A stretch of DNA of 64,000 bases from Candidatus Latescibacterota bacterium (GTDB lineage: Bacteria > Latescibacterota > UBA2968 > UBA8231). The stretch lies in the NCBI GenBank assembly GCA_965248265.1, contig CBDFJF010000001.1, positions 1,504,001 to 1,568,000 on the forward strand, in the 5' to 3' direction. The notes beneath the pieces were generated by a model. The model had not been told where the DNA came from and searched no databases. It saw nothing but the letters and a program-made list of their open reading frames with translations. Position 1 is the first letter of the stretch. The number at the start of each line of letters is the position of its first letter. Both the position numbers and the translations under genes were made by a program. Positions 58,171-64,000 of this stretch are shown piece by piece.

Positions 58171-59433
58171 TTAGGTTAATGCGGCATATGCCCACGCATT
58201 GCTTACGTGGTCATATAGATAAATCCGATTGTTGGTGGTGTCGTGAACGATAGCAGAGAGGTTGCTGTGATCTGTAGGTGTTCCGCTTGGGGCTCCTGCC
58301 ATTGATGAGATATATAGAAATCCGTCAGTAGCATTTGTTGCTAGCGCTGCAGTTCCAACATGAATACTGCCGCTTGCGTCAAAGACCGCTGTTACATTGG
58401 CATTCCCGCTATAAATTCTCGTGACAGCTGATCCCTGCACTGTCCCGACGTTCATTATGTTCGTGTTGTGATCGTAATTTACTACACCTGCCAAGTCGTC
58501 CCCGTCGTCTCCGAAATAGAGAGACCCTACAGATGTATTTCCTGACAGAATAGAGATGCCTGTGTGCCCGCTGTTTTCTACAACCAAATCATCGGCGTTT
58601 ACGTTTGCGGTTGTATTCCCAGCTGTCGCTGTGTGTACATGGAGGGTCCCGTCGGTGCCAAGGATTCCTACGCTGGCGTTGCCGAGCACAGCCATCCTTC
58701 CGGACCCGACTGCGTCTGGATTGACGTTCAGATCCGTCCCGTCGTACTGGATTGTGGCGTCTTTACCAGTTCCAAATGTGACACCTTCGGAATCATCAAA
58801 CTCCAGCGATGCCCCGGAAATGATAAAATCTCCACTGCCACAACTAAGCGTCGGGTCTCCTCCAGTAAAAACCAGGGCCACGTCCGTACCGTCATACGAC
58901 AGCCTCATGCGCTCAAGAGCAGTCTCGGATTCAGCTACAGCAAACACCAAATCAGCGTCATTGATTCCCGCCGCGAAGGTGTCATCTGCCTCTGCCCAGA
59001 TGCTGGCAGCTACGAGAATGGCGTCTGTGCCACTGGCTTCAAGCGGCGCCTGGAAATCGACGCGCCCAAGGATGTCGCCATCTACGACAGTCGTTTCGGC
59101 GGTCGAAAGAGTGAGAATCCCAGCCGCACCAGCATCGCCTCTTACCTCTGCTTCGTTGAGAATCTGAAAGACACCTGAACCAACTACCCTCGGATCAAGA
59201 ACAACGTTGGTGCCGTCATACGAGAGCTTGGCGTCTGAACCGGTGCCAAGAATCGGACCAATGTTGTCGTCAAATATCGGGCTGGCCGTGAACGTCTTAA
59301 CAGCCGTAACACTCTGAGCCGTCGATTTGCTGAGATGGTTGGTGTAGACGTTCGTAAACTCAGAGTTCAGATTCGTCGGGGTGAGGTCTTCGTTCCCCCA
59401 AGTCTTTGCATGTCCTATGTCAGTGTCAGCCAT
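58171..59433 (-). CDS. Tail fibre/spike protein
   Basis: N-terminal LNSEF anchor, VTAVKTFT, repeated GTGxDAxxxYDGT, ERMRL, and a GAPSGTPT..HDTTNNRIY C-terminus. Confidence 0.75.
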   Translation of the reverse strand: MADTDIGHAKTWGNEDLTPTNLNSEFTNVYTNHLSKSTAQSVTAVKTFTASPIFDDNIGPILGTGSDAKLSYDGTNVVLDPRVVGSGVFQILNEAEVRGDAGAAGILTLSTAETTVVDGDILGRVDFQAPLEASGTDAILVAASIWAEADDTFAAGINDADLVFAVAESETALERMRLSYDGTDVALVFTGGDPTLSCGSGDFIISGASLEFDDSEGVTFGTGKDATIQYDGTDLNVNPDAVGSGRMAVLGNASVGILGTDGTLHVHTATAGNTTANVNADDLVVENSGHTGISILSGNTSVGSLYFGDDGDDLAGVVNYDHNTNIMNVGTVQGSAVTRIYSGNANVTAVFDASGSIHVGTAALATNATDGFLYISSMAGAPSGTPTDHSNLSAIVHDTTNNRIYLYDHVSNAWAYAALT

Positions 59434-59436
59434 GAT

Positions 59437-60948
59437 TTAATCCGTTGATTTGCCCTTAGTAGATCGGCTCGGCCCGTCATACCACAACTGGCATCGCCGC
59501 ATGGTAAAGTCCTGTCCTGCCGCGTTCATGCTGTAGAGGATGCTGGTCTGCGGAGAGTAGTCGAGCAGCGGCAGGTCCTGTGGGTACTGGCCCGGATCGG
59601 AGATGTAGCCCGGAATCGCAGCAGGCAGCGTCAGCGTGTTCCCCGACAGATCCAGCTGCTGCACCTCACCCCGTATTTCAGCGCCTCTCTGCAGCACGTT
59701 CAACGTGTAATCACCTTTGCTGTCGTAGTAATGCCGCCCGTTGACCCACCCTACAGTCACGTCACCACCCAGCGGGGCCGGAGCTCCCGTCTCGAAGAAA
59801 CTGACGATGGAGCCGCCATTGTCCGATTTCGTGGCATCCTCATGATCCCACAGCGTCCCGGCGTCGTCACCCAGGTGCAGCTTGTTGTCGATTACCGCAC
59901 CACAGAATCGCTCGAAGTTCACGTCCGGCCCAAACCAGATACCGACGTCCTCACCGTTGATGACGGTACGGCGGCGGTAGTCGTAGAACATCAGGTGGTT
60001 CATGTTGGTCTGACTCGAGCCGTACGGCAGAGCAAAGACGACGTAATCTCTCTTCGGTACTCTCATGGCTAAGGCTTTGTGTAGCCTGTCAGGGTTCAGG
60101 TTCGCCCAGTACCCATCTTCCCCATCCAGCGCCAGAGAGACCTTGCGCAACACCGCACCGCCGCTCCACTCGTACACGCCGTCTTTGAGAATCATCAACT
60201 GCGAATCACCCGGCAGGGCCACGATCCCCCTACCGTCCAGGGCCGCTTCGTCCGTGCGTTTTTGGGGATGATACGGGTTGGTAGCCGAGCCGGTAGGAAT
60301 CAGCGTATAGATGCCGTCCGTGGTATGGACACACATGCTGTTCTGGGTGGGCATCAGACCCAGGCCTATGCCGCCGAAGTTGTAGAAGGAAGTAGCGCCG
60401 TAAGTCTCAATGTCTGCGGTGTCCGAGTACCATAATTGGCCTGTAGCCCCATCAACATTCAAAATCCACAATCGATTATCCCACCAGGCGATGTGCTTGC
60501 CTTTGGAGAAGCGGGCGTTGTCGTCCAGCGCCGAGGCGTTGCCAGTGCCGGTGTACTTGATAGCGTCCGTGTCCACACCGTTCGTCTGCACGAACGTGCC
60601 ATTGGCGTTGACGCGCTCGAAAGTGTTATCGTCGCCGGCTGTGATGGTGGTACCGCCGGTAATGGCCGACCAACCGGAGGAGTACTTGTACATCGCCGCA
60701 TCGGCAACCAGCACCACCTGAGTTGTGTCGGCGTCGACATCGTACTCAAAAACCATCGTCAACGTCGGACTGCTACCGATCGCCGCCTCGGACTTATAGG
60801 ACAAAATCCCCGGCCGCAGTGACGCCGAGCCGCCGCTATCGAGACGGATATTCTGGCCGTCAGAGAGCTCGTCCCGAGCACACTCCTCTGTGGGAATGTC
60901 GTACCTGGTTCCACCGTACCAGGGGCCTAATTGTATTGAGTCCAGCAT
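59437..60948 (-). CDS. Tail nozzle/DNA stabilization protein (P22 gp10-like)
   Basis: About 500 aa, beta-rich; QNIR..LRPG N-terminus, WDNRLW..LWYSD. Confidence 0.65.
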   Translation of the reverse strand: MLDSIQLGPWYGGTRYDIPTEECARDELSDGQNIRLDSGGSASLRPGILSYKSEAAIGSSPTLTMVFEYDVDADTTQVVLVADAAMYKYSSGWSAITGGTTITAGDDNTFERVNANGTFVQTNGVDTDAIKYTGTGNASALDDNARFSKGKHIAWWDNRLWILNVDGATGQLWYSDTADIETYGATSFYNFGGIGLGLMPTQNSMCVHTTDGIYTLIPTGSATNPYHPQKRTDEAALDGRGIVALPGDSQLMILKDGVYEWSGGAVLRKVSLALDGEDGYWANLNPDRLHKALAMRVPKRDYVVFALPYGSSQTNMNHLMFYDYRRRTVINGEDVGIWFGPDVNFERFCGAVIDNKLHLGDDAGTLWDHEDATKSDNGGSIVSFFETGAPAPLGGDVTVGWVNGRHYYDSKGDYTLNVLQRGAEIRGEVQQLDLSGNTLTLPAAIPGYISDPGQYPQDLPLLDYSPQTSILYSMNAAGQDFTMRRCQLWYDGPSRSTKGKSTD

Positions 60949-62864
60949 TAGCGTTTCAGTCCGAATGAACGTTCCCCAGTAGTACGCGCTTGCTGCACCG
61001 GAAGGCGGCCGAGAACGCTTAGAATGTTCTGCCCTCCTGGGCCCGTTGCGAGCCCTTGAGTAAGGAACTTGCGACCACCAGGGCTCAACACGGCTTTGCC
61101 CAGTCCATGCGTGGCTCCTATCTGACCAAGAGCTCCCAACAATCCCGTCATGCCCCGTTGTCCTGAAGAGGCCAATGTCTGAAACTCATTCGCCTTGCCA
61201 GTATTGCTGAAATTCTTAAACAGCCGCTCCGATACATTGGTGTCCTGTGCCAGCTTAGCGAAGTCCATGATCGTGTCTGTGGCGTCACGCCCGAAGAATT
61301 CCACCAGCACCTCAGGACCGCCGGCACGCTGGATGGCAGACAGCAGCCGGGTGCCGCTGAAATGCCCTGATGCTGGATCTGTGGCTTGTGCCCGCAACTT
61401 GACCATCAGGGCATCGCCGGCCATGTCCCACGCCTCACGCCCAAATCCTGTAGCGGTAAGGCCAGACTCAGAAGTGTTCGCGCCGACTTTGCGTTTGAAT
61501 TGTTGAATGACTCGCGCCTGGTTAGGACGGGCTAATTGATCGACAATATTTGCTGCCTTGTCGGGATCGCGTAGTAACCGTGCCGCGCTCGTTTTGTCGA
61601 GATTGATGAGATCTTTGGCGGCCGCAGATGCGGATCGAGCTGCGTCAGCGAATCCATGCCGGCGCCCGACCTCCATCCCGTCCTCCAAAAGTGCGCCGTA
61701 CAGATCGCGGATGTGTCCATCCAACCCGCTGTTCTTGAACTGTTCCAACCCTCCCTGCGAACTGAGGAGGCTGCCGATCTGCTTGCGATAGGCGTCAAGC
61801 TCGTCGAATGTGCGAATGTTGAAGATGTCCTTCTGCAAGTCAGCCAGTTGCTTCTTCTGTGCCCCTGCGATATTAAACCCGCTCAGAGCATCTGCCCCGG
61901 TGCGGTCTGCAATGCGCGCGATCGCCTCAGCAGCATTAATGGCTTCGGCGGGGGCCTCGCCTGGCAGTAGCTTACGTAGCTTCTTGTACAACGCCGCTAC
62001 TTCGCCCTCGCGAGCTTTGAGCGTCTCGACAGCCCCCTCCTGCAGTGCATCCCCGACATCTTGCGAGAGATGCTTCTTTTGAGCCCGTATCACGTCCAGG
62101 CCGCCTTGGAATTCCTTCTGCAGAGGCTCAGAAACCTGTTGTCTGAACTGATCTGCAGTTACAGCCGACTCAGACACCCGCTGTTCGGCTCCTGCCAATA
62201 GGTCCGAACGGGTTTGTGCGGCCAGTGGCAAATTTCCCTTAATGCTGGTACCCAGCTTCGCGTCGACATCACCAGCTTTCGTCATCAATTCTGTGTTGGC
62301 TTTGAACGGAGCCAGCCCCTTCTTCAGGCCAGCGCCGACCAGCCGACCGCCAATCTCGCCCAACGGGGCAGTAAATGCTTCTACCTTCAGGTTGTCCTCA
62401 TTAATAGGCTGCCCCGAGCCTAGTGCTTGCCCAATTTTCTGTCGCCCCATTTCGCCAAGCAGCCCACCTCCTGCAGCACCAACCATCCCTCCCGGTGCAG
62501 CTCCGATGCCGAAACCAGCGGCACCCAGCGAAGTCCCAGCAATACCGCCCAGCGTAGATGTCGCTGCAGGAATAAAATCACCAGCCAGATCGGCGATGTC
62601 ACCCACTTCGAAATTACCTGGGTCAACCGGGAAAATCTTGCCGTCCTTCACTACGCCCAGGTGGCCATCAGATGTCTGTCTGGGTTCGAACCCGAGATTG
62701 CGCAGGATGCCTTCTTTGCCTTCATGTGTTGGGGCCATCGAAAGAGCGGCACGCACCATGAAGTTCACACCGGACTCATCCAACACATTGGGCAACGGCA
62801 AGCCTTCAGGAGAACCCTGCCGAAGCTGATTCAGCAGTGCACTGACTCTGTCCTTTTGAGCCAT
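60948..62864 (-). CDS. Internal virion/DNA ejection protein
   Basis: Gly/Ala hydrophobic stretch GGIAG..GAAGGGLLGE in a helical 638-aa protein; C-terminal LSPGGRKFL. Confidence 0.65.
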   Translation of the reverse strand: MAQKDRVSALLNQLRQGSPEGLPLPNVLDESGVNFMVRAALSMAPTHEGKEGILRNLGFEPRQTSDGHLGVVKDGKIFPVDPGNFEVGDIADLAGDFIPAATSTLGGIAGTSLGAAGFGIGAAPGGMVGAAGGGLLGEMGRQKIGQALGSGQPINEDNLKVEAFTAPLGEIGGRLVGAGLKKGLAPFKANTELMTKAGDVDAKLGTSIKGNLPLAAQTRSDLLAGAEQRVSESAVTADQFRQQVSEPLQKEFQGGLDVIRAQKKHLSQDVGDALQEGAVETLKAREGEVAALYKKLRKLLPGEAPAEAINAAEAIARIADRTGADALSGFNIAGAQKKQLADLQKDIFNIRTFDELDAYRKQIGSLLSSQGGLEQFKNSGLDGHIRDLYGALLEDGMEVGRRHGFADAARSASAAAKDLINLDKTSAARLLRDPDKAANIVDQLARPNQARVIQQFKRKVGANTSESGLTATGFGREAWDMAGDALMVKLRAQATDPASGHFSGTRLLSAIQRAGGPEVLVEFFGRDATDTIMDFAKLAQDTNVSERLFKNFSNTGKANEFQTLASSGQRGMTGLLGALGQIGATHGLGKAVLSPGGRKFLTQGLATGPGGQNILSVLGRLPVQQARTTGERSFGLKR

Positions 62865-64000
62865 TACTGAAGTCCCCCTATGGTCTCAAGCAATCCAATG
62901 CGCGGCGCTTTATACGATCCACCTGGAGGAGCTCGTAACACACCTTGTCCCCCAAACTGCTTTTGCTGCTCCTCTATCATCTTCTCGAGCAACTCCATTG
63001 CTGACGGTCGCCGGTTGATCTCTGCCTCTGCGGCAGGGTCTCCTGCAGCGGCCTGTTGAATCAGTTTCAAATCATCCAGCGCCCCAATACCAGCATTAAC
63101 CGCAGTTGGATCTGCAGCTGTATTGATGATCTGCTGGCGCTGGGTGCGGAAGTCGGTCTCGATATTGTTCAGCCGCCCCAATAGAGCTTCTTTGCCTCCA
63201 ATCAAACCGCCGATGAAGTTGTTGCCGAATCGGTCGAACTCCTCTTGCGTGATTGCAGCACCTGAGAACACGCGCACGGCCATTTCAGAAGTCAGCCCGA
63301 TCATATTGAGCAACTCACGGGCCCCGGCCTCGCCCAGACGGCCTTGCAACCAATTTTCCGAATTGGTCTGCAGTGCAGCACTGAACAGTTCGAAGGTCTT
63401 ATCGTCTGCGTCCATCACCTTCTCTCGAATTCGCTGTACCGAATCCTCGATGGCTGCAAGTTTCGCGAATCTCGTTGCCTGCTCACCGGTCAACTTCAGC
63501 TCGGGCTTGGCCAGGTTGAGCGTTTCTGTGAAGTCCTTGAGGTCGCTTTCGGTCAACTCGAGATTGCCCTGACGCATCTGCAGCATGAACATGCGCCCTG
63601 CTGCTTCGGGGCCGATATCATCAACCTGCGATACTGCTCCACTTATGAGCGTCCTGACTGTTTCAATGCGTTTGTTCGTAGCGTCCTGAGTCGCTTTCTC
63701 TCCTGCCAACCTTATCTGCTCGGCTCTGTTTTCCGCTCCAAGTGTTTGAGCACCTACTTGCTGTTGTCTAAAATCTTCAGCAGTACGAGCAGCTTCCAAT
63801 TCCTGCTGACGTTGAAATGCCCCGCTCAGCACGCTCTGAGGTGCACCTGACTCCGACAGTAGCATCTTTCTGTTGACGCCTTCTCTGGCTGTCGAAGTTG
63901 GGTTAAATGTGTCAGTAACTGTCGCGTCTACGATTGGCGTCTTCATTCCTCGGGCATTGGCTGCATCGGTCAACCCTGCTCCGAATCGCTGTTGCATTTG
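62864..64000 (-). CDS. Internal virion/DNA ejection protein (5' end probably outside the window)
   Basis: Q/A-rich helical protein with SGAAITQEEF motif; frame open to the window edge. Confidence 0.6.
   Translation of the reverse strand, partial: QMQQRFGAGLTDAANARGMKTPIVDATVTDTFNPTSTAREGVNRKMLLSESGAPQSVLSGAFQRQQELEAARTAEDFRQQQVGAQTLGAENRAEQIRLAGEKATQDATNKRIETVRTLISGAVSQVDDIGPEAAGRMFMLQMRQGNLELTESDLKDFTETLNLAKPELKLTGEQATRFAKLAAIEDSVQRIREKVMDADDKTFELFSAALQTNSENWLQGRLGEAGARELLNMIGLTSEMAVRVFSGAAITQEEFDRFGNNFIGGLIGGKEALLGRLNNIETDFRTQRQQIINTAADPTAVNAGIGALDDLKLIQQAAAGDPAAEAEINRRPSAMELLEKMIEEQQKQFGGQGVLRAPPGGSYKAPRIGLLETIGGLQ

Larger units (their letters stand above)
56005..64000 (-). mobile_element. 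Prophage, podovirus-like late region (continues beyond the window)
   Basis: Abutting co-oriented genes with a codon style unlike the host; ejection-like, gp10-like, fibre and small membrane genes. Confidence 0.85.

Overview
GC-rich bacterial DNA. The host is probably Candidatus Latescibacterota or a relative; this is inferred from a cohesin-like domain plus a DFDGNGRVDFGDFFLF EF-hand/dockerin-like C-terminus, and from the many PhyH, BNR and Gfo/Idh/MocA genes. 0.1-20 kb holds a HigBA toxin-antitoxin pair, an unusual secreted protein (temptin-like CXXCH domain, 4 Ig repeats, cohesin/dockerin), a Rieske fusion, a sugar-acid catabolic operon, two BNR proteins, and a tandem pair of PhyH-fold genes with HxG/HxA motifs (candidate halogenases). 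20-34 kb is a long minus-strand run of short cassette-type genes with two homologous attC-like sites and a 71-bp inverted-repeat element. 34-55 kb holds a hydantoinase/oxoprolinase operon, an orphan speD, PrpD, an amidase, PhyH genes, a TonB receptor, and a gammaproteobacterial-type maeA beside IS91 remnants. 56-64 kb is the end of a podovirus-like prophage (ejection proteins, gp10-like tail protein, fibre), whose holin-type cluster contains a stand-alone PAS-fold protein and no recognisable endolysin. Many truncated gene remnants and deletion-type junctions occur throughout. No rRNA, tRNA or CRISPR was seen. All calls come from reading motifs by eye; no searches were run.
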